DNA of 64,000 nt, taken from positions 22,109 to 86,108 of the forward strand of contig JAEWSD010000210.1 in NCBI GenBank assembly GCA_023398615.1. The letters are read 5' to 3'. Made by a program: the position numbers and the translations under genes. Below the pieces are notes generated by a model, which was not told the DNA's origin, made no database searches, and saw only the letters and a list, made by a program, of their open reading frames with translations. This document shows positions 55,855-64,000 of this stretch, in pieces. This stretch comes from Bacillota bacterium (GTDB lineage: Bacteria > Bacillota > Clostridia > Lachnospirales > Lachnospiraceae). Positions within the stretch are counted from its first letter, which is position 1. Every line of letters starts with the position of its first letter.

Positions 55855-57342
55855 ATGACGACACAAAGCCTATTGGCTCAAACGGTAGAGTTATTTGGCA
55901 ATCCAAAGGTAAACAGGCCGAATAGCGACAGGCAGTACGGCAAGGAGAAAAGCTTTGGCAATGTTATGGATAACAGTCTGAAGTCTCAGGAGCCTGCTGT
56001 CAAACCGGGCAATCAAAAGGATAAATGCAATAGTGCTGCAAAGCCAGGCGATACAAAGTCGCCGGACAGTATAAAGCCGCAGAATAATGCTGTTCCCAAT
56101 GAAAAAGCAGCTAGTACTTCCCCGGACAGAAATACCTCACAAGCCGGCAATGCATCTGCCGTATCTGATGCTGCGAAGACACAGGAGATAAACGGCGAGT
56201 CTGCTGCGGAGGATACCGGACTTACGGAAGCATATGGGAAGCTGGTAAAACAGCTTCGGGATCTTATCATGTCCGAGCTTGATATTTCGAAGGAAGAATT
56301 CGATGAGATTATGGCGGCACTTGGCTTGACAGTACCGGATCTTATGAATCCGGATAATCTGAAACAGTTTGTCCTTAAGCTGGACGGTTCGGGTGACATC
56401 AGTGCGGTGTTAACCGATGAGAACCTGGCAAACACTATTCAGAATTTACTGAATCAGCTGAACGAACTGCAAACCGGCAATACATTGGGGCTGACACAGG
56501 AAGAGCTTGCCGGCCTGGCTGACAGGTACCGGACGGAAACCGCTGCGAAGGACTCTTCAAAAGCCGATATTGCGCAGGACCTGCCGAACGCCGGAATGAA
56601 AGAGACGGATGGCGCAAAGCAGGAGGAACCTGCTCCGCGTCCGGAGATAGCCGAAGCTGCTTCAAACAGCCTGCCGAAGGAAACAGAAGCGGGAACCGCC
56701 GCGGATGACGGGCAAATCCAACTGGAAGTTCATAAGACATCCGACGGCAATATGGGCGGAAGTGAAACCGGTAAGGATGCTTCGGGCAATAATACTGCGA
56801 AGTCGGAATCGCCCGCGCCGATTGAAACCTTTATCAACAATCTGACGGCCGCCGTAAATGACGATACGGACAGCTTTACCGGACTGATAGCCAACGCAAG
56901 ACAGATGCAGGAGATTACGGCCCAGATTGTGGAGCGGATAAAGGTGTTTATCAAACCCGGCCAGACTTCAATGGAGCTGCAGCTTAACCCTGAGAACCTG
57001 GGTAAAATCAACCTGGCATTAACTGAGAAGGATGGTATTGTGACTGCTCATTTCACGGCCCAGACCCAGATTGCTAAGGAAGCGATCGAGAGTCAGATGC
57101 AGGTGTTAAAGGAGAACCTGAATAATCAGGGAATCCGGGTGGAAGCAATCGAAGTTACCGTATCGGAATTCGGTTTTGACCAGAGCAATCAGGCGGATAC
57201 CGGACAGAAGCAGCAAAGCAGTTCTCAGCGGCATAACGGTTTTCGTGATGATGCGGAACTCATGAGCGGTCAGACGGATGAGGTTATTCTGCCGAATGAT
57301 ATTACGGAAGAAAGCGGGAATCTGATCGATTACACCGCTTAG
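55855..57342 (+). CDS. fliK: Flagellar hook-length control protein FliK
   Basis: A disordered Pro/Ser/Ala/Lys-rich N-terminal half and a C-terminal Flg_hook-type domain (MELQLNPENLGKINLALTEKDGIVTAHFTAQT). AAGGAGGG RBS before the ATG at 55855. Confidence 0.8.
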   Translation: MTTQSLLAQTVELFGNPKVNRPNSDRQYGKEKSFGNVMDNSLKSQEPAVKPGNQKDKCNSAAKPGDTKSPDSIKPQNNAVPNEKAASTSPDRNTSQAGNASAVSDAAKTQEINGESAAEDTGLTEAYGKLVKQLRDLIMSELDISKEEFDEIMAALGLTVPDLMNPDNLKQFVLKLDGSGDISAVLTDENLANTIQNLLNQLNELQTGNTLGLTQEELAGLADRYRTETAAKDSSKADIAQDLPNAGMKETDGAKQEEPAPRPEIAEAASNSLPKETEAGTAADDGQIQLEVHKTSDGNMGGSETGKDASGNNTAKSESPAPIETFINNLTAAVNDDTDSFTGLIANARQMQEITAQIVERIKVFIKPGQTSMELQLNPENLGKINLALTEKDGIVTAHFTAQTQIAKEAIESQMQVLKENLNNQGIRVEAIEVTVSEFGFDQSNQADTGQKQQSSSQRHNGFRDDAELMSGQTDEVILPNDITEESGNLIDYTA

Positions 57343-57365
57343 ATGATTAGGAAGGGAGAAATATT

Positions 57366-58118
57366 ATGGGCGATTTAATCCAACCCGTGAAGGATGGAAA
57401 AATTGTGAATAACACGGCTTCGGACTCCACGAGTAAGGATAAGAAGACCGGAACCGGTGAACTTGGAAAGGATGCGTTCCTGCAGCTCCTGGTTACGCAG
57501 ATGAAATACCAGGACCCGTTAAATCCCAACACCGATACCCAGTTCGTAGCGCAATTGGCAACCTTCTCCCAGCTGGAGCAGATGCAGAATCTGAGCCAGA
57601 CGGCGATCAATTCACAGGCATTGAGTCTTGTCGGCAGAGATGTAATCATGAAGGCCGAGGACAGCTCCGGCAATGTGGTATATACGAGCGGAGTGGTGGA
57701 CTTTATAACCATGCAGGCAGGGAAAGCACAGCTGTCCGTGAACGGTGAGCTGTATGGCATTGATCAGCTGTCGGAGGTAATCGACAGTACCTATCTGATC
57801 GAACAGGGGTTACCGGGCATTAATGAGGCAACGACCCTAACCTATGATAAGGCCGACCCTCAGGACCTGACCTTTAAGGTTAATCTGGGAAGCGGATATA
57901 CCGTGGCATCGGCAGTTGCGGTGCAGGTTAACGGCAAGGTTCTGGATACGGAAGATGTTACCTTAAAGGATGATACGGTTACAATAAGCAAGGATGCTTT
58001 ATCTGAGCTGGAAGTAGGTACTTACAAGGCGGTAGTAGGATTCAACGATGCATTTAAGACTACCGTAACGGATAAGCTTGTGATTCAGGTAAAAGATTCG
58101 GGCACAGACACAGAATAA
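57366..58118 (+). CDS. flgD: Flagellar hook capping/assembly protein FlgD
   Basis: LGKDAFLQLLVTQMKYQDPLNP signature, with an extra Ig-like C-terminal region. Confidence 0.9.
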   Translation: MGDLIQPVKDGKIVNNTASDSTSKDKKTGTGELGKDAFLQLLVTQMKYQDPLNPNTDTQFVAQLATFSQLEQMQNLSQTAINSQALSLVGRDVIMKAEDSSGNVVYTSGVVDFITMQAGKAQLSVNGELYGIDQLSEVIDSTYLIEQGLPGINEATTLTYDKADPQDLTFKVNLGSGYTVASAVAVQVNGKVLDTEDVTLKDDTVTISKDALSELEVGTYKAVVGFNDAFKTTVTDKLVIQVKDSGTDTE

Positions 58119-58151
58119 GGCTGCTTACTATGTGGTCAGACAGGAGTTACT

Positions 58152-58553
58152 ATGAATCAGATATCCCAAACTAATTTTACTTCCATTGAGCAAATGACCG
58201 GTCAGCTCTTAAAGGGCAAGAGCTTAACTGGGAATCAGGTGAAAACCGGCGGTACGCTTTCGTTTGACGAGATCTTAAAGAGCAGGCAGGAAAGTGCCGA
58301 AACCGGATCGCTGAAATTCTCGAAGCATGCCAATGAGAGACTTGCCAGCAGGAATATCGATTTAACGGACAAGCAGCTGGAAAGGCTTGAATCCGGAGCA
58401 AGGAAAGCACAGGAGAAGGGAATCAACGAATCACTGGTTATGGTGGATGATATCGCATTTATCGTCAATGTAAAAAACAGGACGGTTGTGACTGCCGTAA
58501 ACAACAGTGAGGACAAGATATTTACTAATATAGACGGTGCCGTAATTATATAA
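58152..58553 (+). CDS. Small flagellar-operon protein of unknown function (TIGR02530-type, from memory)
   Basis: 133 aa. FDEIL...LKFSKHANERL..RNI.L....L..L......A..KG...SLV is the pattern I recall for this family. Located between flgD and flgE. Confidence 0.65.
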   Translation: MNQISQTNFTSIEQMTGQLLKGKSLTGNQVKTGGTLSFDEILKSRQESAETGSLKFSKHANERLASRNIDLTDKQLERLESGARKAQEKGINESLVMVDDIAFIVNVKNRTVVTAVNNSEDKIFTNIDGAVII

Positions 58554-58636
58554 TTATGCCGGACCTTTCGGAAGCATATTACCCTTGACTGACAGAGAGG
58601 GTATTACGGGCATACGTTATAGGAGGTTATTCAATT

Positions 58637-60094
58637 ATGATGAGATCATTATACTCTGGTGTATCCGGACTGAGGGTTCACCAGGCCAAGATGGATGTTA
58701 TAGGTAACAATATAGCAAACGTAAACACAATAGGGTTTAAGGCCAGTTCGGTTAATTTCTCCGATATCTTCTACCAGACGACACAAAATGCATCGGGACC
58801 GAACGCGGCGACGGGAACAGCCGGACAAAATGCGATGCAGATAGGACTTGGTTCCGCGCTGGCGTCCATTACCACCTCCATTACACAGACCGGCGGTTCG
58901 CAAAGGACGGATAATCCGTTTGACCTGATGATTAACGGGGATTCCTTCTTTATCGTTAAAAGCGGCGGTACAAACTACTTTACCAAGGCGGGATCCTTTG
59001 GCGTGGATGCGGACGGAAACTTATGTACGCCATCCGGCGCCACCGTCATGGGATGGATGGTGGATCCCAATAACCCGGGGAAGATACTGGTAAAAGAAGT
59101 GGAGCCGTTGCAAGTCATGTCTGCCAAGAACCGGTATTCACCGGCGGAGGCAACCACGGATGCAAGGGTTACCGGTAACATTAACGATAAGGATCTCAAT
59201 TTAAATCCTGGAGAAGCGGGATCACCGGTAAGCGTTAGTTTTTTTGATGCTCTCGGCCATAAATATAACGCACAGCTAAAAGTTACGCGTACCAGTGTCG
59301 ATGATCCGACGAAATATGATGTTACCCTTGTGGATATTACGGATGAGAATGACCAATCCATATTTGTAAACAAGAAAGCAGACGGTACATATGAACTTGT
59401 AGATAGCAGCAAATTAAAAGTTAAATTTGGAAATGTTGAATATGCTGTAACGGCATCGGATCCTACAACCTTTGCAACTACCGGAAAGGTGCAATTGACC
59501 GGAGGTGCAGGTGGTGTCCTTACCTTTGACGGTACCAGCGGTAAATTTGTCAGTGCCGATGCGGCATCAGGAGCAACTACAGATAAGCATGGGCTATTTT
59601 TAGATATTACTGCTACTCCAGATCCGTTTAGTAATATCAATATTGATTTTTCAACCCTTAAGATGTCCGGTGATCCTACTGCATTAACATCGGAGAGGGG
59701 AAGTGTGGCCGGAACCGGCAAGGGCAAGCCGGTCGGCAATATGTCGGGTATCAGCATCGATACCTCGGGAAAGATATACGGAACCTATGATAACGGCGAT
59801 AAGATTCTGTTAGCCCAGATTGCAACGACGACCTTTGCCAATCCGTCCGGATTGGAAGCGGTCGGAGATAACATGTATGCCGAGACGCAGAACTCCGGTG
59901 AGTTTGACGGGATCGGGCAGGATATCTCAGCTAACGGCGGCAAGTTTACGCCGGGTGTAGTCGAGATGTCCAATGTGGACCTGTCGGCGCAGTTTACCGA
60001 CATGATAACCACACAGAGAGGATTCCAGGCCAATTCAAGAATTATAACCACATCCGATACGATGCTTGAAGAGCTTGTCAATCTGAAACGGTAG
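58637..60094 (+). CDS. flgE: Flagellar hook protein FlgE
   Basis: N-terminus MRSLYSGVSGLRVHQAKMDVIGNNIANVNTIGFK and C-terminus SNVDLSAQFTDMITTQRGFQANSRIITTSD. Confidence 0.95.
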   Translation: MMRSLYSGVSGLRVHQAKMDVIGNNIANVNTIGFKASSVNFSDIFYQTTQNASGPNAATGTAGQNAMQIGLGSALASITTSITQTGGSQRTDNPFDLMINGDSFFIVKSGGTNYFTKAGSFGVDADGNLCTPSGATVMGWMVDPNNPGKILVKEVEPLQVMSAKNRYSPAEATTDARVTGNINDKDLNLNPGEAGSPVSVSFFDALGHKYNAQLKVTRTSVDDPTKYDVTLVDITDENDQSIFVNKKADGTYELVDSSKLKVKFGNVEYAVTASDPTTFATTGKVQLTGGAGGVLTFDGTSGKFVSADAASGATTDKHGLFLDITATPDPFSNINIDFSTLKMSGDPTALTSERGSVAGTGKGKPVGNMSGISIDTSGKIYGTYDNGDKILLAQIATTTFANPSGLEAVGDNMYAETQNSGEFDGIGQDISANGGKFTPGVVEMSNVDLSAQFTDMITTQRGFQANSRIITTSDTMLEELVNLKR

Positions 60095-60163
60095 TTTTGT
60101 ATTTTGCAATTTATTTTTTAATTATTAATGAGTTTAGCCATAAGGCTGAACTGCAACGATCAG

Positions 60164-60191
60164 CCGGCGGCATGCCGAGGCATACCGCCGG
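60164..60191 (+). other. GC-rich hairpin in the flgE-flbD spacer (no U-tract)
   Basis: CCGGCGGCATGCC, loop GAG, GGCATACCGCCGG: a 13-bp stem with one C/A mismatch. The following sequence is ACTTAAGAG, so it is not a canonical terminator. Confidence 0.45.
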
Positions 60192-60264
60192 ACTTAAGAG
60201 AGAAAGTAACATAACGGGTAACGGGTACCATATTCTGAAAAGCTGATAGCATGGGGGGATACTT

Positions 60265-60453
60265 ATGATAAATGTTACGAAAATGAATAATGTCAATGTG
60301 ACTGTTAATGATGATTTAATCGAAACTATTGAAGAGACGCCGGATACGGTCATTACACTGACGACCGGAAAGAAGATATTGGTAAAAGAGAGCAGGGAAG
60401 AGCTCGTTAATCTGGTAAAGGAATATAAGAAGGAATTATACAGACAGAGTTAA
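60265..60453 (+). CDS. flbD: Flagellar protein FlbD
   Basis: 62 aa. MINVTKMNN....VN.DLIETIEETPDTVITLTTGKKILVKES.EE matches the FlbD family pattern. It precedes motA. Confidence 0.85.
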   Translation: MINVTKMNNVNVTVNDDLIETIEETPDTVITLTTGKKILVKESREELVNLVKEYKKELYRQS

Positions 60454-60478
60454 TATATATTAGACAAATGATAGGTGG

Positions 60479-61303
60479 GTGACTATTTTGAATTTTACGT
60501 CAATTATAGGTTTGATTTCAGGATTTATTTTAATGTTATTCGGTATTACCTTTGTACAGTCTTCAATGAGTTTTGATGTAAGCTTACTGTCGAACTTTTT
60601 TGATATTCCGTCAATGCTGATCACATTCGGCGGTTCCTTTACCTGTATGATTACCATGCAGCCAAGTCTCAAAGCTTACGTAGAAAAGCTCGCTTCGATA
60701 AAGATAATAGTAAAGTCTCCTGCTTATAATGATGTTGAGACGATTAGAAATATCATCGCACTTTCAAATGTAGCCAGAAAGGAAGGCCTTCTGGCGCTGG
60801 AAGAAACCGCAAACGGGATTGAGGATGATTTCCTGAAGAAAGGAATCCTGTTAATTGTAGACGGTACCGACCCGGAACTGGTCCGGAGCATACTTGAAAC
60901 GGAGCTTAACTGTATTGAAGAAAGACATAACGATATCATCGGTTTCTGGGACAAGCTGTCCGCGATGGGTCCTGCCTGGGGTATGCTCGGTACGTTGATC
61001 GGTTTATGTAATATGCTCAAAGACTTAAACGATGTTGAGACTATCGGCCCCAATATGGCTGTCGCCCTGGTTACCACGTTCTATGGTTCCCTTCTGGCCA
61101 ATTGGTTCTGTATCCCGGTCGTTAACAGATTAAAAGATATAAACAGTTCCGAAGTTATGATGAAGGAAGTAATTGTGGAAGGCCTCCTGTCTATCCAGGC
61201 GGGCGAGAATCCGAGGGTAATCGAAGAAAAACTAAAATCCTTCCTGAAACCTGTAAACCGTGCCGAATTTGAACAAAATGAGGGTGGTGAACTGAATGGC
61301 TAG
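60479..61303 (+). CDS. motA: Flagellar stator protein MotA
   Basis: MotA/TolQ/ExbB channel pattern with four TM segments and AMGPAWGMLGTLIGL...ALVTTFYG. The start (GTG 60479 or TTG 60488) is uncertain. Confidence 0.9.
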   Translation: MTILNFTSIIGLISGFILMLFGITFVQSSMSFDVSLLSNFFDIPSMLITFGGSFTCMITMQPSLKAYVEKLASIKIIVKSPAYNDVETIRNIIALSNVARKEGLLALEETANGIEDDFLKKGILLIVDGTDPELVRSILETELNCIEERHNDIIGFWDKLSAMGPAWGMLGTLIGLCNMLKDLNDVETIGPNMAVALVTTFYGSLLANWFCIPVVNRLKDINSSEVMMKEVIVEGLLSIQAGENPRVIEEKLKSFLKPVNRAEFEQNEGGELNG

Positions 61304-62132
61304 ACAAAAAAAGCCGGAAGAACCCAGTGCAGGTTCACCCTGGCTGAATACGTTTGCCGACCTGATGAATCTTTTGCTGTGTTTCTTCGTATTGCTTTTT
61401 GCGGCTTCCACGGTAGATGCGGATAAATATGAAAATATAGCCGCTTCCATGTCCAATAATTTCAGTATATTAAACAGCGGCGGTTCGGGTTTGGATGAAG
61501 GCAGGTTAATCTCAAGCGGAATCAGCCAGATGAACAATCTGGATGCATATACCAATAACGTGGGCAAGAATGAAGATGCTGCCGAGGAAGACAATAAGCA
61601 GTCCGGCGAAAGCTTCCCGGATTCTAAAACAGCAAAAGAGGATGCGTTGGATGCTTTGCTGGAGCAGAAAAAGGAAGCTTCCCAGAAAATGTATGAAAAA
61701 ATTTCCGAAATGTCGGAGAAAGAAAATCTGAATGAATATATAGAACTGGATATTGCTCCGGATTATCAGTATATAAAGATTTCTTTAAGCGGTTCCATCC
61801 TGTTTGATTCAGGCAAATCAGATATTAAAAAGGAAGCTTTGCCGATTTTAAGCAAGGTCGGAGATATTTTAAGAGTATATAAGGATTATCATATTGAACT
61901 GGAGGGACATACCGATAATATACCAATCCATAACAGCGTATATCCCAGTAATAATTGGCTTTCATCAGCCAGAGCTCTGAATGCAGCTATGTATCTGGTA
62001 GAAGAAAAGGGACTCAATCCAAAAACGTTGAGCTGGACAGGCAGAGGTGAATATGATCCGGTCGTGAGTAATGCGACATCGGAGGGAAGAGCAAAAAACC
62101 GGCGTGTTGAAATAAAAATATACAATAAATAA
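61296..62132 (+). CDS. motB: Flagellar stator protein MotB (OmpA-like peptidoglycan-binding C-terminus)
   Basis: N-terminal WLNTFADLMNLLLCFFVLL with the conserved Asp, and a C-terminal OmpA-like domain (EGHTDN...NW.LS..RA......GRG...P......EGRAKNRRVEI). It overlaps the motA end by 8 nt. Confidence 0.9.
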   Translation: MARQKKPEEPSAGSPWLNTFADLMNLLLCFFVLLFAASTVDADKYENIAASMSNNFSILNSGGSGLDEGRLISSGISQMNNLDAYTNNVGKNEDAAEEDNKQSGESFPDSKTAKEDALDALLEQKKEASQKMYEKISEMSEKENLNEYIELDIAPDYQYIKISLSGSILFDSGKSDIKKEALPILSKVGDILRVYKDYHIELEGHTDNIPIHNSVYPSNNWLSSARALNAAMYLVEEKGLNPKTLSWTGRGEYDPVVSNATSEGRAKNRRVEIKIYNK

Positions 62133-62162
62133 AAAATGCAGAGCAGATGGGAGTTAATAACT

Positions 62163-62675
62163 ATGAAGAAAAATCTTTTGACTATTGTTATTTTAGCATT
62201 ATCACTAATGAATATGGTTTTAACTGCGGTCATTGTTTTTACTGTGGTACCGACATCAATGAGAACCAATAAGCTGATTGCCAAGGTGGCATCCAATATT
62301 GACCTGGAGATCGATTCTCCTTTGGAAAAGCCGGATGAGGTTGCCATTCAGGATATTGAGACTTTTCAGATACCGGACGATATTACGATCAGCCTTAAGA
62401 AGAGCCCGAATGATTCGAAGGCGCATTATGCCCTGGTATCGGTGTCCTTTTCCGTCAATACGAAATCAAAGGATTATGAAACTCTTAATCCGATGATTGC
62501 CAGTAACATAGATCCTTTAAAAGAGATTATATCCGATGAATTTTCAAAATACACGGTTGATGACGTAACGGATAACAAGGAAAAGATAAAAGAAGAAATT
62601 TTAAAAAGAGTACAGGAGAAATTCCAATCCGATTTTATCATCAGTGTGTCTGTTGGAAAATTAGTCGTAGAATAA
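62163..62675 (+). CDS. fliL: Flagellar basal-body-associated protein FliL
   Basis: Short N-terminus, one TM segment, then a FliL-like domain (HYALVSVSFSVNTKSKDY...). Conserved slot before fliM. Confidence 0.8.
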   Translation: MKKNLLTIVILALSLMNMVLTAVIVFTVVPTSMRTNKLIAKVASNIDLEIDSPLEKPDEVAIQDIETFQIPDDITISLKKSPNDSKAHYALVSVSFSVNTKSKDYETLNPMIASNIDPLKEIISDEFSKYTVDDVTDNKEKIKEEILKRVQEKFQSDFIISVSVGKLVVE

Positions 62676-62743
62676 AACATTTTGATGATTTTATTTGAAT
62701 AATGTGTTATCATAGTAGATAGTAATATCGGGAGGTATCGACA

Positions 62744-63721
62744 ATGGGTGACGTCCTGTCTCAAAACGAGATAGACAACCTGCTTAAGGCATTAAGCAGT
62801 GGTGAATTAGACGCGGATGAATTTAAAGACAGTGGTGAGAAGCAGGTAAAAAATTACGATTTTGCCAGACCTTCCAAATTTTCAAAGGAACACCTTCGAA
62901 CCTTGGAGATTATTTTCGAACACTACGGAAGGCTGCTTTCTACGAATTTACCGGCTTATTTGAGGAAAAATGTGCAGGTTGAGGTTATGAATTCCGAAGC
63001 TGTGGCCTATTCCGAATTTGCCAATGCTTTATCGAATCCGGTCTTATTGGGAATTATAGATTTCTCTCCGTTAAAAGGGAATATCATAATTGAACTGGCC
63101 GATAATCTCGGCTATGCTATGGTAGACCGAATGCTGGGCGGAGGCGGGCTCCCTCTGGATAAATCGAGAGACTTTACTGAAATAGAGCTTATTATTATCG
63201 AGAGAATCTTTAATGTATGTACGAACCTGCTGAGTGAACCGTGGTCCAATGTTATTGCTGTAGAACCGAGACTGATCCGGATTGAGACGAATTCTCAATT
63301 CGCACAAATCATTGCCCCCAGCGAAATGACATCAATTATAACCATGAATATCAAGATAGGCAATGTCGAAGGGATGATGAATATCTGCCTTCCCTATACA
63401 TGTGTGGAAAGCGTTATTGATAAATTGAATACCAAGTACTGGTTTTCTACGATGCAGGTTAAGGATGATGCTACCTATCAGGATATTATTGAAATCGCCA
63501 TAGCAAAAGCCAGAATACCCATTAAAGCTGTTCTTGGCAAGAGTACCATATCGGTTAACGATTTTCTGGGCCTGCAAAGAGGCGATATCATTAAGCTAAA
63601 CAGTAAGGTTGAAGATGAACTTAATATTTATGTGGGGAATATTAATAAGTTTACGGCATTGCCGGGCGCTTATGCAGATTCTTACGCAGTAAGAATTTCA
63701 TCAATAATAAGAGAGGAGTAA
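62744..63721 (+). CDS. fliM: Flagellar motor switch protein FliM
   Basis: N-terminal CheY-P-binding peptide LSQNEIDNLL, middle domain, and a C-terminal SpoA-like domain. Confidence 0.95.
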   Translation: MGDVLSQNEIDNLLKALSSGELDADEFKDSGEKQVKNYDFARPSKFSKEHLRTLEIIFEHYGRLLSTNLPAYLRKNVQVEVMNSEAVAYSEFANALSNPVLLGIIDFSPLKGNIIIELADNLGYAMVDRMLGGGGLPLDKSRDFTEIELIIIERIFNVCTNLLSEPWSNVIAVEPRLIRIETNSQFAQIIAPSEMTSIITMNIKIGNVEGMMNICLPYTCVESVIDKLNTKYWFSTMQVKDDATYQDIIEIAIAKARIPIKAVLGKSTISVNDFLGLQRGDIIKLNSKVEDELNIYVGNINKFTALPGAYADSYAVRISSIIREE

Positions 63722-63725
63722 CTTT

Positions 63726-64000
63726 ATGGACGGGATGTTATCTCAAGAAGAGATTAATGCACTTCTAAGCGGGATAAACTCCGACATTGATAATGCGGCC
63801 GACAGTCATTCGGACTCATTATCGGAAGCGGAGAAGGATGCAATAGGCGAAGTATCGAATATCAGTATGGGAACCGCTGCAACTACTTTATCCTCCTTAG
63901 TGAATCAGAAGGTAATAATAACTACTCCTGTAGTGTCCTATGCAACTTGGGAGGATTTGGCCGACAGCTATGATCGTCCCTGCGTTTTTATACAAATATA
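63726..64000 (+). CDS. fliY: Flagellar motor switch protein FliY/FliN (5' part; truncated by window end)
   Basis: MLSQEEINALL peptide and a CheC-like segment (EKDAIGEVSNISMGTAATTLSSL). GAGAGGAG RBS upstream. The frame stays open to the window end. Confidence 0.85.
   Translation, partial: MDGMLSQEEINALLSGINSDIDNAADSHSDSLSEAEKDAIGEVSNISMGTAATTLSSLVNQKVIITTPVVSYATWEDLADSYDRPCVFIQI

Noticed and set aside
59012-59032. Single cysteine in FlgE (Cys130, GNLCTPSG) as a possible spirochete-type lysinoalanine cross-link site
   Set aside because: I cannot align it to the spirochete Cys178/Lys165 pair from memory. The organism is clearly not a spirochete, so there is no basis beyond the presence of one Cys.
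1-64000. Search for CRISPR arrays, tRNA/rRNA genes, IS elements, integrases, and toxin-antitoxin or restriction-modification (RM) modules
   Set aside because: I noticed no spaced direct-repeat arrays, cloverleaf-like segments in intergenic regions, transposase or recombinase-like ORFs, or terminal inverted repeats. Intergenic regions are short and explained by promoters and terminators. This was a scan by eye and is not exhaustive.

Overview
This window looks like a conserved, almost entirely plus-strand housekeeping region of a spore-forming, flagellated Firmicute, probably Clostridia or Lachnospiraceae-like. That assignment is inferred from gene content and order, not from any search.

Gene order (minus-strand genes marked):
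- Translation and RNA block, part 1: yicC, remA, rpoZ.
- Inserted block: two signal peptidase I genes, a minus-strand SatD-like/DUF3307-like pair, a NUDIX hydrolase, murE and murF.
- Translation and RNA block, part 2: priA, def, fmt, a YugP-like Zn-peptidase, rsmB, rlmN, stp, prkC, rsgA, rpe, thiN, ychF, lgt.
- Division and cell-wall (dcw) cluster: mraZ, rsmH, ftsL, two class B PBPs, mraY, murD, ftsW/spoVE, murA, ftsQ, ftsZ.
- Sporulation genes: spoIIGA, sigE, sigG, ylmC (minus strand).
- Then nrdR, a ybaK-like gene, a LysM-GH18 gene, comM, dprA, topA, codY.
- Start of a fla/che-type flagellar operon: flgB, flgC, fliE, fliF, fliG, fliH, fliI, fliJ, a ylxF-like gene, fliK, flgD, a small flagellar-operon protein, flgE, flbD, motA, motB, fliL, fliM and the 5' end of fliY.

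I saw no rRNA, tRNA, CRISPR array, transposase or integrase, and I cannot point to a clearly novel multi-gene system.

The only accessory-looking element is the AT-rich, opposite-strand SatD-like/DUF3307-like cassette at 3514-5008, with a divergent NUDIX gene beside it. Its soluble protein shows GGDEF/class III cyclase-like palm motifs fused to a helix-turn-helix (HTH).

Smaller observations:
- An MraZ-type 10-bp-phased operator.
- A spoIIG-type promoter with an over-long spacer.
- A perfect inverted repeat abutting the sigG ribosome-binding site (RBS).
- A GH18 protein with a degenerate catalytic motif.
- A class B PBP with KTA in place of KTG.
- A GC-rich hairpin between flgE and flbD.

All calls rest on reading the supplied translations and DNA by eye. 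No database search or folding was run.
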